A stretch of DNA of 63,972 nucleotides, filler included, from Lama guanicoe (GCA_013239625.1; 96 parts of 96 records of this genome joined end to end with filler, not necessarily neighbours in it), one strand, 5' to 3'. Shown: positions 12,892 to 26,223, numbered from the whole stretch's first letter. Translations and numbers: made by a program. Notes: generated by a model from the sequence alone, not told the origin.

Positions 12892-13659
12892 TCACATACA
12901 AGAAAATGCATGGCACAAAGAACATGAGGACCACAATGAGTGGGAACCATAGGTGGAGAGAGCTTTACGCCAAACTTCAGAGCCGCAGGACTTCAGTGAG
13001 CAGGGAATGACCACATAGAGGTGATGAGGATAAGGAAGACGGCTACACACATCACCCCACTGTTGAGGATGATCAAGAGGCCCAGGATGTGGGCGTCCAT
13101 GCAGGCAAGTTTCAACAATGGAAACAAATCACATATAAAGTGGTCAGTGATGTTGGGGCCACAAAGGAGTATTTGATACATGGAGAGATGCTGTACAAGG
13201 GCGTGGAAAGATTCCCCCCCCCGCCAGGCCCCTCCCAGCAACAGGCAGCACTGCCAAGGCCTCATGACGGTCATGCAGCGCAGGGGCCCACAGGTGGCCA
13301 CACAGCGGCCATAGGCCGTCACAATGAGAAGGGTGACCCCACTCCACCAAATAAGTGCTCCACAAAGAGCTGAGCCACACGGCCTTTGAGGGCGATGGCA
13401 GTGCTCTCAGAGGGGGCGTCCACAGTCATCTCGGGGGCAATGACAGAAGAGAAGGTGGCATCCATGAGGGACAAGGAGGTAAGGAAAAAATACACAGGTG
13501 ACCTCAGACTCTGATCTGTGACCGTGGTTACCACAGTGAGGAGGTTTCCCAAGACAGTGGACACATACATGATTAGAAACACAGCAGTGTTTTCCTCAGC
13601 TCTGGATTCTTCATGATGCCCAAAAGGATGAATTCAGTCACATTGTTTTGATTTTCTAC
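12892..13659 (-). pseudogene. Olfactory receptor pseudogene, OR4C6-like (3' end cut by fragment boundary)
   Basis: Minus strand reads (V)[56 protein letters not shown] and RKALST. The start ATG is replaced by GTA, there are several frameshifts, and MAYDRYVAIC is degraded. A ttccag acceptor lies just upstream at 13701. Confidence 0.9.
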
Positions 13660-13879
13660 GTATCGGATGATGACATAATCTCCAGCTGAGAGTTATAAAC
13701 CTGGAAGAGCAGCATACAATTTATAATTAGTNNNNNNNNNNNNNNNNNNNNNNNNNNNNNNNNNNNNNNNNNNNNTTAATTAATTAANNNNNNNNNNNNN
13801 NNNNNNNNNNNNNNNNNNNNNNNNNNNNNNNCATTCACCTGCTGTTCAGGGAGCTGTGTCACAGCAATATGGCTGTCAC

Positions 13880-14629
13880 TCTGAAGTCACTTCTTTTGGT
13901 TATATTTGTAAAAAAAAAAAAAGTGACTATAATAATGACACTGTTTTCCATAGTGGCTGCAACAATTTACATTCCCACCAAAAATGTATGAGAGCCTCCT
14001 CTTCTCGACATCCAGGCCAACACTTGTTACTTGTTGACTTTTTGACGAGAGCCATCGTGACAGGCATGAAGTGGTAACTCACTGTGGTTTTGATTTGCAT
14101 TTTGCTACTAATTAGTGACATCAAATATCTTCTCATGTGCCTGTTGGTCGTCTGTGTATTTTCTTGGAAAAAATATCTATTCTTCTCCTCTGCTCATTTT
14201 TTAAAAGTTGGAATACAGTTCATTTACAATGTCATGTTAGTTTCAGGTGTACAGTAAAGTAATTCAGTTACTTTACTCTGTTTATATTCCATTATAGGTT
14301 ATTATAAGCTATGGAATATAATTCCCTGTGCTCTACAGTAAATCATCATTGTTTATCTATTTTCTGTATAGTAGATTGTATCTGTTAATCCCATGCTCCT
14401 AATTTTTACCTGCCTTCCTCCCTCTTCCCTTTGGTAACTATAAGTTTGTTTTCTGTCTGTGAGCCTGTTTCTGTTTTGTATCTAGATTCATTTGTATTAT
14501 TTGTTTCCGATTCCACATATAAGTAATCACATATAATATTTGTCTTTTCCATCTGATTTATTTCACTATGCATAATATTCTAGATCTACCCACATTGCTT
14601 CAAAGGGCAGTATTTTATTCTTTCTTATG
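13880..14629 (-). mobile_element. LINE-1 fragments (ORF2 3' end plus a second L1 3' UTR from about 14197)
   Basis: Antisense L1 motifs ttttccatagtggctgcaacaatttacattcccacca and gttagtttcaggtgtacag. Confidence 0.85.
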
Positions 14630-14729
14630 NNNNNNNNNNNNNNNNNNNNNNNNNNNNNNNNNNNNNNNNNNNNTTAATTAATTAANNNNNNNNNNNNNNN
14701 NNNNNNNNNNNNNNNNNNNNNNNNNNNNN

Positions 14730-14862
14730 CTCACAGCACAGGTCTTTAGGATTTTGAAGTATGCCCCACCATCATTTGAAGATAACTGTTCTCCTTTTGA
14801 GAAACAGCTTTGGCCTATAGGGATTAAATGTATAACCATGGGCCACCAAGTTGCATGCAACC
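14730..14862 (+). mobile_element. ERVL internal fragment (pol RNase H region)
   Basis: Degenerate match to ERVL pol LGFWSK..DNYSPFEKQLL..TMGHQVTMRP (gataactgttctccttttgagaaacagct; accatgggccaccaagtt). Confidence 0.65.
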
Positions 14863-15211
14863 TGTGATGGTTAATTTTCTGTATCAACTTGACTATGTCA
14901 TAGGATACACAGATATTTGATCAAAAATTATTGTGTTTGTCCATAAGGGTGTTTTTGAATGAGATTAACATTTGAATCAGAGTAAAGCAGATTACTGTCC
15001 CTAATATTGGTTTTCCTCATGCAGACAGTTGAGGGCCTGAATAAAATAAAAAGACTAGCCATTCTAAGAGTAAGAGCGATCTCCTCCAGCTGGACCACAT
15101 GATCTGAGATAGCAGTTTTTTCCTGGATTCAGATTTGGACTGGAATTATAGGATTGGCTCGCCTCAGCTTGCTGATTGCAGTACTTGGAACATCTCAGCT
15201 TCTGTAATCGT
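14863..15211 (+). mobile_element. MLT2-type ERVL LTR
   Basis: Starts TGTGATGGTTAATTTT..TCAACTTGACT; contains gagattaacatttgaatc and agttgagggcctgaata. Confidence 0.8.
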
Positions 15212-15474
15212 NNNNNNNNNNNNNNNNNNNNNNNNNNNNNNNNNNNNNNNNNNNNTTAATTAATTAANNNNNNNNNNNNNNNNNNNNNNNNNNNNNNNNN
15301 NNNNNNNNNNNAGTTATCAGAGGAATAAAGCCAGCTAGAAGATGAGAATCCACAGAAGGCGGCAATCTGATCATAAAGGACAGTCAGATATGCTTATACA
15401 TGTTCAAGAATTCAAAGTGACAGTTAGTCCTTTGGTGGCCTTATCATGTTTGTTACTAGTTTTTAGAGTCCTAG

Positions 15475-15929
15475 GGTAGCTTTCTTTCTCTTTCCCGCCC
15501 GCCTCCCTTAGAATGACAACCTTCAGGTCCGTCCATATCGCCGCAGATGGCATTATTTTCCTCTTTTTGTGTGGCTGACTAGTGTTCCGTTGTGTATATT
15601 GTACCACGTCGTCTTTATGCGGTCACCTGGCGATGGACATTTGGGTTGTTCCTGCGCCTTGGCTGTGGCAAATAGTGGTGCCGTGAGCCCTGGGGTGCGT
15701 GTGTCGTTTTGAATTTTATTTTCCGCGGGATGCATGCCCAGGAGTGGGATTGGTGGATCGCATGGTAGGTCTATTTTCAGTTTTTGAAGGAACCTCCGTA
15801 CTGTCCTCCATCGTGGCTGCACCCGTCTACACTCCCACCAGCAGCGCGTGCGCGCGTGTGTGTGTCTGTGTGTGTGTGTGGGGGGGTGTTCCCTTTTCTC
15901 GACACCCTCTCCAGCATGTATCATTTGTA
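15475..15929 (-). mobile_element. LINE-1 ORF2 C-terminal region, unusually GC/CpG-rich
   Basis: Minus ORF 15553-15924 reads CWWEC..VQP.W..V.RFL..LKIDLP.DP.IPLLG, the L1 ORF2 cysteine-rich region. Confidence 0.9.
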
Positions 15930-16029
15930 NNNNNNNNNNNNNNNNNNNNNNNNNNNNNNNNNNNNNNNNNNNNTTAATTAATTAANNNNNNNNNNNNNNN
16001 NNNNNNNNNNNNNNNNNNNNNNNNNNNNN

Positions 16030-16315
16030 TATTAAATGCTTCAGTTCTGAGAGCCATAGGGTCTCTGTTTCCACTACTCAGTGTGGCCATGGTGGCATGA
16101 AAGCAGCCACAAGTGGTAAATGAACAGGGCTGTGTTTGTTTACGAACATTGAAATTTGAATTTCATAATTTTTACGTGTCTTGAAGAATTTTTCATTTGA
16201 TTTTTTTTCAGTCATCTAAAATATAAAACATATTCTTAGCTTGAGGGCCAGACACAAATAAGCAGCATACTGGATTTTACCTATGGGCTGCAGTTTGCTG
16301 ACGTTTGTCTTAGAC
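16030..16315. mobile_element. hAT-Charlie DNA transposon, MER58B-like
   Basis: gaaagcagccac, ttgaaatttgaatttcata and the terminal gggctgcagtttgctgac. Confidence 0.6.
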
Positions 16316-17122
16316 GACCCTGCTCTTAAAATTCTTGTGCCAGTTGCAAGTGAAAATAATAAATGTACGGGAAAAAAATAAAAATAACATAAAAGAGGAA
16401 ACTATTCCTTTTAAAGGGTTAATATTAATGCAAAGAGCCAAAAAGCTTTACAAAGTAAATGATAATTTTGCATAAANNNNNNNNNNNNNNNNNNNNNNNN
16501 NNNNNNNNNNNNNNNNNNNNTTAATTAATTAANNNNNNNNNNNNNNNNNNNNNNNNNNNNNNNNNNNNNNNNNNNNTGTTCTGGTATAAAATAGGCATAT
16601 TATTCCATGCCAGGTGTGTGAGAAAAGTCTTATCCACATGTCCACATGCTGTGTTCATCCATGTGAAGAAATATGACAGGACTAGCTCTTAGGGTGCGTC
16701 CTGATGTGGGAGAGTAAATATTGCCCTAGATTAACCAGATTGTTTTAAGTAGGTTTGAGTTACTATCTAGCTCACTTGGAATCCTGGCAAAAGAGGAGGC
16801 AAGGGATCTGACTCAATGACACGGCTAATACGTTGGTGGGAGTCCAGGTTGGTGATATTTAATAACAGTCCAGTTAGTTTAGGGAGCTACAGTGACTGAA
16901 TTATTGAAAACTCTGTAATGCATTGAATTTGCCTTTTTCACTCCATACATGGCCCTTCATCAACGCTGGCACGAGAGCAGCACCAGGCACCGGTTTGGGC
17001 AGGGGCTGCAGGTGACTGCAGGNNNNNNNNNNNNNNNNNNNNNNNNNNNNNNNNNNNNNNNNNNNNTTAATTAATTAANNNNNNNNNNNNNNNNNNNNNN
17101 NNNNNNNNNNNNNNNNNNNNNN

Positions 17123-17759
17123 TCTGCAGATATTAAAAGAATGACAAAGTAATATTGTGAACATTATGTAAATAAATTTGGCAATTCAGATGAAGTGGGT
17201 AAATTCCCCGAAAGAGAGAAATTACAAAAGCTCAATTAAGAAAGAACACATAAGCTAAAAAGCCCTATATCTTAAAAACCAAAGTGAAAGTCCTATTTAA
17301 AGACCTGACCACGAAGACAATTCCAGTCCCAATGGTTATACTGCTGAATTCTACCCAATATTTTAGGAAAATTTAATACCAATTGTACACAAATTCTCCT
17401 CAAACAATGAAGAGGAAGAAATATGTCCTCATTCTACAAAACTAGCATTAACCTGAATCCAAAACCAGACAAAGATATTACAAGGAAGAAAACTAATGTC
17501 ATGAAAATGGAGGTAAAATTTCTAAACAAACATTAGCAAGTTAAATCTGACAATACAGGATAATTCATCATGGCCAAGTGAGGTGCATCCCAAGAATGCA
17601 GGGCTGTATTAACACGTAAAAATGGATTAATGTTATTCATCATATTAACAAACTAAAAAAGAAAGATCATATGTTCATGTCAGTCGATAAAAAGAGGCAC
17701 TTCCCAAACTTTAACATCTATTCCTGATAAAAACTTCCAGCAAACTAGGAACTAAGGGA
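17123..17759 (+). mobile_element. LINE-1 ORF2 (Z/RT region), degenerate
   Basis: ctgctgaattctaccc, aaaaccagacaaagatattacaag and catcccaagaatgcagggctg. Confidence 0.85.
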
Positions 17760-17909
17760 NNNNNNNNNNNNNNNNNNNNNNNNNNNNNNNNNNNNNNNNN
17801 NNNTTAATTAATTAANNNNNNNNNNNNNNNNNNNNNNNNNNNNNNNNNNNNNNNNNNNNATTCTTCCTAGAGACAGTCCTAAGTTAAACATTAACAGAAA
17901 CAGTGGGGG

Positions 17910-17964
17910 GTGTGTGTGTGTGTGTGTGTGTCTGGTGCATGTGTGTATGTGTGTGTGTGTGTGT
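17910..17964. repeat. Interrupted (GT)n microsatellite, followed by a probable MIR
   Basis: Read directly. Confidence 0.85.
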
Positions 17965-19910
17965 ATTGAGGAAGGGATGCAATTTGGAGTTGGGTTTAAA
18001 TTCCAGTCCTGCCAGTTTCTAGCTGGGTAACCTAAAATGCGTCACATCGAATGCCTCAGTTCCGTAATCATAGAATGCACAGAATAATTCCTACTTCATA
18101 CAGCTGTGAAGAGTAAGTTAAATGATAAATACAAAAGTGCTTTGGAATACTCTAAAATATTATAATAGGTGGCATTTGGTGTGTTGACTTCTTTATAGTT
18201 CTATTTGTTGTCAACACTGTCTGGTCAACTTGGGAATTGAGTTAGCCAAGAAGACACGATGTGCAAGAAATGGAATCTGGTTTGGCCTACAGACTTGAAC
18301 TTGTGGACAGAGTATTTAAAGCCTCTTGCTGTAAAGGAGGGCAATGAGGTGCCTGTAAGACAAAGCAAACTAACTAGATAATGTAGTATTGGCTTGTGCG
18401 TCCTCTTACTTTGCTTCTGATGTGCACGGCACAATTATCTTTATCCCTTCTTCTTCTTCTTCTTCTTTTTTTTTTTAATAACACTTTTGGCTCACTGGGA
18501 ANNNNNNNNNNNNNNNNNNNNNNNNNNNNNNNNNNNNNNNNNNNNTTAATTAATTAANNNNNNNNNNNNNNNNNNNNNNNNNNNNNNNNNNNNNNNNNNN
18601 NATAAACCAGGAAAATGGGCAATTCTGCCGCAAAGACAAACGTTCAGTGCGCGGGCGGGGGCTCTCCACCCTGGGGGAGGCACAGTACTGGGCGGTTATG
18701 CTGGGGGCTCTCGCTGCAGACCCGTGGGGCTTTTCTGCAAATGCTTTTGGGTGCGTGTCCCCCTCCCACCCTGTCTGTTCAGCAAGATCTCTCTCATGCA
18801 GGCTTATCACTGGGGTCTGCTTTTGGGGTTTGTCTTGTTAGCAGCCTTAGAAACATCCTTTTCTGTAAAATTTTAATGATCAATCCTGCACTCTGAAAAT
18901 AATAAGCGAATAAACACATTCCACTGTAAAAAGAAAGCCAGAGAACCTCATTTGCCCTGCAGTCCGTGGTCAGCCAAGCCTTCGTGAAGAATTTACCCTG
19001 TGTCTGCGAGGGTATTTTCATTCTAACCTTCACCCTCTCCCAGGCCTTCTTCTTGGTGTNNNNNNNNNNNNNNNNNNNNNNNNNNNNNNNNNNNNNNNNN
19101 NNNTTAATTAATTAANNNNNNNNNNNNNNNNNNNNNNNNNNNNNNNNNNNNNNNNNNNNGGCAACATAAGGAGAAATCAAAGATACACTCAGTTCTCAAT
19201 TAACTGCCTCAATAGGGACTTAGAAAGACATGCAAATTAAATCCATGTGTTAACCCCAAACTCCAGTTTAGCCAATAACATCATTTCTCTAGACCACTAA
19301 TCTTCTACCAAAAGAAGTCATCCATACTTGCTTTCTTTTAGCCATCAGCAAGTATATTTTTAAGCCAAAAGAATATTTAGAGGTATGCACCAAAAGCCTT
19401 GAGAAGTGTGCTATTAAGTAACATGACCAACAGATTACANNNNNNNNNNNNNNNNNNNNNNNNNNNNNNNNNNNNNNNNNNNNTTAATTAATTAANNNNN
19501 NNNNNNNNNNNNNNNNNNNNNNNNNNNNNNNNNNNNNNNCCTCCCTCACAGGTGACTGTGACTACATTCTCCCCACTCCCCACTCCAAATTCAGCTTCTG
19601 AGGACTCTACCCTCCCAGACCCTGCAACCTCTGCACCTTCCCAAGACGCACATGTGGCCACGACCCTCCCTGCAGATTTCTTCCTGGTTGGCCCTGCCCA
19701 CCCCCTGGCTCCTTAAGGATAAATAGCATTCCTCTGAAAATGGCAAATGCAGCTAACTGACCACCAAAGCTGCATGGTCTGGGCTTTCCTCCAACCCAGG
19801 CACAGCCCTGNNNNNNNNNNNNNNNNNNNNNNNNNNNNNNNNNNNNNNNNNNNNTTAATTAATTAANNNNNNNNNNNNNNNNNNNNNNNNNNNNNNNNNN
19901 NNNNNNNNNN

Positions 19911-20364
19911 GTGCTGGATGAACGAACGTCTATCCACATGCTCAGTTCTGAGAGAAAAGCGTGTGTGAAAGCCGTGCTTCACCTAGCTTGATGGAAACAC
20001 AAAATTTCTTTTCAGTTGCCAACTCCACTCCATACATATATATGGGGAGGTCCAAGCTCCAACTCGGTTTTACAGTGAAAACGGCAGGCAATTCAAACCG
20101 GCACTAGGAAACAGACTGAGAAACCAGAGTAAGTGTTTCTCCTGCAACCCGTTCCCTTTGTGCTGGATGAACGAACGTCTCTCCACATGCTCAGTTCTGA
20201 GAGATAAGTGTGTGTGAAAGCCGTCCTTCACCTAGCTTGAAGGGAACACAAAGTTTGTTTTCAGTTACCAACTCCATTCCATACATATATAAGGGGAGGT
20301 ACAAGCTCCAAATCACTTTTACAGTGTAAACGGCAGGCACTTCAAACCGGCACTAGGAAACAGA
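19911..20364 (+). repeat. 249-bp satellite, about 1.8 monomers
   Basis: gtgctggatgaacgaacgtc recurs at 19911 and 20160; same family as 40638-41131. Confidence 0.92.
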
Positions 20365-23300
20365 NNNNNNNNNNNNNNNNNNNNNNNNNNNNNNNNNNNN
20401 NNNNNNNNTTAATTAATTAANNNNNNNNNNNNNNNNNNNNNNNNNNNNNNNNNNNNNNNNNNNNGCTGTGAATATACTAAAGATGACTGAATTGTACACT
20501 TTAAATAAGGATACTTATTGGTTTGTAAATTACATCTCAAGCCGTTAAATAATCTGTCACAATAAGTATTTTAATATAATATCTACCTCATGACAAAACA
20601 TACGGTAACATCATGTTAGTCTTTTTGAGATGTGTCATATTTTTTCAAACAATTGAAGTTTCCTTTTTTCATATTCAATGATTTATATTAGATGAATTTC
20701 CCCCTTGAAAATGTGTGCTATAATCTAGTATTTGAATTTTTTCAGGGAGCACTATATATGTGTATATATATATTTAACAACATTCTAGTCTAGTGACGTA
20801 AGTTAAAGAAAGAAATGGTAAAGGAGTCAGAGGAGATTAGGTAAGGGCTGATATCCACTGTTCCTTTGGTCAAGGGTAATTTAGTGAACAGCCATTGTTG
20901 GCAATAATATAAAGTAGGTAAGGATGGGTGGGTTAAATTCTGCAGGGTGACCTTCTCCAAAAATCAGTTAAAGTCAAATGGTTCACAGTACAAATTTTAA
21001 GTACGTATTTTAACCTTCCCTGAAGATACACAACTACATATTTAACCATTATTCATTATTAAAGAGACCAGAAATTAGGAAGTTTGATCTACAAAAAGGA
21101 TATAAGCAGCAAAAAAAAAATTGACTTTCACGGTGTAGAGCTTTCTTTATCCTCCCTCTGAGTTTCCAGGACAGTATACTATTCTGTTTTTCCCTTGCCC
21201 TCCTGGATGGTGCTTCTTACTCTTTCCCGGATCCCCCTCCCTTGCTGGGTTAATTACATTTGTTCTGTTCTGAGTCTCAGTCCTCAAAACTTTTCTTTGT
21301 TCTGTCTGCCTTCACTCCTTAGTGACTCTATGTAACCCTGGTTTGATAATACCATTTGTATAGGATAAATCAGATTTAAATCCCAGTCCAGACAGTTTTA
21401 CAGTCTTGCGCCAAACCATATTGGAGCATGAGGCAAAATGAAAAATCGATGACATTGANNNNNNNNNNNNNNNNNNNNNNNNNNNNNNNNNNNNNNNNNN
21501 NNTTAATTAATTAANNNNNNNNNNNNNNNNNNNNNNNNNNNNNNNNNNNNNNNNNNNNACGACTGTGAGCCGACCTATGAGCCACTGAGAGGACACCTGA
21601 GGTGGGATAGGAGCCCACTGAGAACGCTCACAAAACCTCCGGAGAGGAGAAGATTCAGTGCAAAGATGGAGGGGAACAGTGCACGAGAAAATCTCCCCAC
21701 AGAATTAGACCCCATCAACTACATCTCCAAACCTCCTGAGAACAACAAGGAAAGGCACCAACAGTTTACAGCCATTGTGATACACTAGACTCACAGAATA
21801 ACCTCAATGTGATTTTAAAGTGAATTAGCTCTGAAAACTATAAAATGAGAGAATAATGGTCCTGAGAACAGAAGACATTAACAGCAGATACCTATAAATT
21901 AGAAATGCAAAGACAGGCTTACAATGATTAGACAGAGACCATACATTGTTTACTAGTGTGTCAGGCTTTACATTTTTATGACCATATAGGTACCTATATT
22001 GAGTGATTCCATTTTACGTGCTGTACATCAATAGGTCAGGATAATCATTCCACACGCTACACTTAGGTGTTCTTATAGCTGGTTAATGGTTGATACCCAA
22101 AGAATTTTCAGTGTAAAATGCTGGCCTGGAGAATTTAATAAAAGTTATTTCCAAAGAAAAAGCNNNNNNNNNNNNNNNNNNNNNNNNNNNNNNNNNNNNN
22201 NNNNNNNTTAATTAATTAANNNNNNNNNNNNNNNNNNNNNNNNNNNNNNNNNNNNNNNNNNNNTGCTATGAAAATAACTTTAAATTGGATTATTCCTAAA
22301 ACTTCACAAACAATGGTTTATTGCTTTCCTAAGAGAGAAACTTAAGAATGCATTTAAAAGACTTATGATGTATATATCTGCAAACGTCTATATAGGCATT
22401 CATTCTTTTTTTATTTTAGCAGAATTCTAACATTAAAAATGTTAACAACAACAAAAAAGGAATTAGTAAGTCTGTTACCTCTTTTAGCTAAGATAAAACT
22501 ATGCAAAAAATAGTCCCAGCCAGCGAAACCATTTTAAGTCCCAGTGGATAGCTATTGTAGTGTGTCACATTTCACAAAGCTCTCTCTGGACGTTCTGCTG
22601 ATTATTTAAGACAGGCAAGAGCTTATCATCATGGAAGCCCATGCAAATATTTAACTGAGAAATAACTTACAATTAACTGGATCAGAGCATAATTCTGAAG
22701 TGTTTAACAAATATAGCAGATGTTTGGTAGAGTTAATAGGGAAGATTAATTGTATTTGAACACATTTTTGCTTGTGAAATGAAGGCAAGATATGTTCATA
22801 ACTTCTCAAAGAAAGGAACTGAAGTAAGAAATGGAAGTTTCATNNNNNNNNNNNNNNNNNNNNNNNNNNNNNNNNNNNNNNNNNNNNTTAATTAATTAAN
22901 NNNNNNNNNNNNNNNNNNNNNNNNNNNNNNNNNNNNNNNNNNNATATCTCTTGATGACTTCCCCTTCTTCATTTACCACTGGTTTACAATTTCTTTCTTT
23001 AGTGCGTTAAGTGTTTGATCTACTCTGCATTTATGCAAATTACTGAGTTTATTTTATTTAACATATGGGATAACCAATGTTCAGAAACCAGTAAACTGGA
23101 CATTCTTTTTATTAAGTAATTTAAGCAAACTCAAAATTACATTGCAGTCTCTTTCACTGCATCTATGTGGATATCATCTATATTTATTTTATTCATTGTT
23201 CTAGGTTGTCATTTTCTTCTTCTGATACCACGGTTTGCCCTACTTTCATACTCTCTACACATACTCACTGTGTTGTAATATAAACAGTTTGTGAAATGGC

Positions 23301-23976
23301 TTAATCTTGGTGTCTGGTTTAGTGGGCAGCATTGTTTTCCACACACACTCAGTAAGTCCTGTTTTAGTTGAGTTATTTGCTGTAAAGAGATGCCAAGCCA
23401 GCGTTGTTTTGTTTCTTCCTTTCTTTCTTTTGTTGGTTTTGTAGCCCTGTATTGGAAAGAAAGGCTTTTCAATTCTAACCTAGTTTGTACTTTTTATGCT
23501 GGAGAATCCTTTCTTCCGTTGTGGCTGAATCATTGAGAGATACAATTCTGAAATTACAGTTTGAAAGGTGAATTTCATGGGCAGTGGCAGTTAATGAAGC
23601 CACCGAGGGGACTAGTTCCTGTGGAGATGTTTCAAATGCTTCCCACGCTTTACTTTTCNNNNNNNNNNNNNNNNNNNNNNNNNNNNNNNNNNNNNNNNNN
23701 NNTTAATTAATTAANNNNNNNNNNNNNNNNNNNNNNNNNNNNNNNNNNNNNNNNNNNNTCTCCCAACATTTGTCTCAGTCCGGACTCCAGCCATGGCTCA
23801 CCACCTGAGTGTGGAGCAGGGTTTTAGAGACAAAGGGCAGGTGCCCAGTTGGGTGTTGGCTTGAAGAAGATGCCAGAGAAACATGAAATTTGGGTCATTC
23901 CTCAAGTGAATCATAGATGAAGAGAACAGATCAATAACCACAGCAAAATAAAACATGGGGCCTTGGTAATGATCCC

Positions 23977-24170
23977 CTGGATGAGGGCAAACTCTGGCCC
24001 CAATCTGGCCTGTGCCCAGTGTGTGTGTGAAGGTGGGCTAGGACCCAGTCCCTGCCCCTCGCTGACGTGCGGCAGTGCCACAGCACACAGCCGGGTGTGT
24101 GATCGTGACTGTCCCACAGCCTCGAATGTCCACCACCTGGCCCTTCACGGGAAAGTTTGCTGACCCTGGT
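23977..24170 (+). mobile_element. MER58A-like hAT element, GC-shifted
   Basis: Ends ggcaaactctggcc and ctggcccttcacgggaaagtttgctgaccctgg match the recalled MER58A termini. Confidence 0.6.
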
Positions 24171-25658
24171 CTGGACCATTGGACCATCTCCTGTTGAAGA
24201 TGAGTAGAAAAGCTAAATAAATGTGTATATTTGATGTACACATACTGTAGGTATAAACTGATATAATCTGATGCTTGAGGCATCAGATACACTCATGATG
24301 GCGAAGGATCACAGGNNNNNNNNNNNNNNNNNNNNNNNNNNNNNNNNNNNNNNNNNNNNTTAATTAATTAANNNNNNNNNNNNNNNNNNNNNNNNNNNNN
24401 NNNNNNNNNNNNNNNTTTTCCATATAAGAACATAATATATTTCCATTTGTTGGGGTCTTCTTTTTGGTCTATAGTTAAAGTTTCATTATTAATAATCCAA
24501 TGTTTTCAACATATTAAACTTTTTCATTTTAATTTTGTATTGTATTGAATGAGATTTTGCCCTAAATAGTCTCTATCTAAATGCTTATGAATTATAAAGA
24601 TGTTGGGTGGTTAACTAAAAATTCTCTTATTCTATTATTTCTAGGTTTTTCTAAAACATAATTTTTAAATTTATAAGTATTCAAAATTTGATTTATTATT
24701 ATTTATATAATTTCTGAATTTATTTTATTTTATGTCTTTTTAAGTGGCATTAAATGATAACTCCAACAGCAGGTTTGAGGCATATTTTTGGGTAATTTAT
24801 TTAAAATAAGGTTCTGTTTCTAAAGGACTAATGATTTCAAGGGAGAAAGTGTCTCTCCTTAAAGACTGAGACCATTTCAGTATATCATTTTGCACATCTC
24901 TCAAAAACCAAATAAAACGCACACAAATCCTGTCCCTTTAACAAAAAAGTAAGGCTAAGATAGCAGGTNNNNNNNNNNNNNNNNNNNNNNNNNNNNNNNN
25001 NNNNNNNNNNNNTTAATTAATTAANNNNNNNNNNNNNNNNNNNNNNNNNNNNNNNNNNNNNNNNNNNNAGCAGGTTCCGAACAGAGAGGGACCACCTTCA
25101 CGGCCAACCAGCCTCACATCTACATCTCACGTGTTTGTGGGCTCCTGTTGGCTCGTCTTGCTTTTGATCCCCAAGTGAGTTACAGTAATGCCACAGAGTG
25201 ACTTTCCACAGTTAGCGCCCATTCAGATTCCCCAGCCGTTCACATGTCACTGCTCCTCCCACGCCTGCCTCCTGCTGGGCTCGGGTCCTCCTTACAGAAA
25301 GAGGTGCCTTCTTGAGAAGTCATTTTCTGGTGAAAGTCTGAAAATGTCTTTGTTTCGCTTCACTCTTTTGTTCTCCACTTTTGTTTTGGCAGAATTTAAC
25401 CTGCAGAAATGTTAGGTGATAAAATGCGGATCTAACACCCTCCACCTAGATTCACAGGTGATAGTCTTTCGCTGCTTATGGTTCCTCTCTCTCTCCACGC
25501 GCGCACACGCACACACGACGCACTTTTTTCAGGTTTAGTCTACTTGAGAATCTGTTGCNNNNNNNNNNNNNNNNNNNNNNNNNNNNNNNNNNNNNNNNNN
25601 NNTTAATTAATTAANNNNNNNNNNNNNNNNNNNNNNNNNNNNNNNNNNNNNNNNNNNN

Positions 25659-26223
25659 GTATTCTGTATTCTATATTCTATATTGTGTGTTCTACGTTCT
25701 ATATTCTTCATTTGATATTCTGTATTTTGTATTCAATATTTATATACTGTGTTCTTAATTCTATATTCCACATTCTATTTCTGTATTCTATATTCTATAT
25801 TCTGTGCTATGAATTCCATGCTCTAAATTCTGCGTTCTGTATTCTTTATTTTATATTCTATATTGTGTGTTCTACATTCTATATACTACATTCAATATTC
25901 TGTATTCTGTATTCTATATTATAAATTGTGTTCTTCATACCATGTTCTAAATTTTGGTTACTGCATTCTGTATTCAACATTCTATATTCTGTATCCTGTA
26001 TCTATATTCTATATTCTGTGTTCTACATTGTATATTCTATATTGTATTTTCTGTATTCTTTACTCTATATTCTAAACCCTCTGTTCTGAATTTCATGTTC
26101 TAAATTCTGTGTTCTGTAGTCTGCATTCAATATTCTGTGTTCTACATTCTATATTGTAAATACTATATTCTGAATTATGTATTCTATATTCTATATTCTG
26201 TGTACTAAAGTCTATATTCTACA
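25659..26223 (+). repeat. 7-bp-based satellite (TATTCTA/TATTCTG/TGTTCTA)n
   Basis: The whole fragment is in 7-bp phase. Confidence 0.92.

Noticed and set aside
25685..26075. Hydrophobic membrane-protein-like ORFs (also 39894 and 49970)
   Set aside because: Translations of the TATTCTA satellite.
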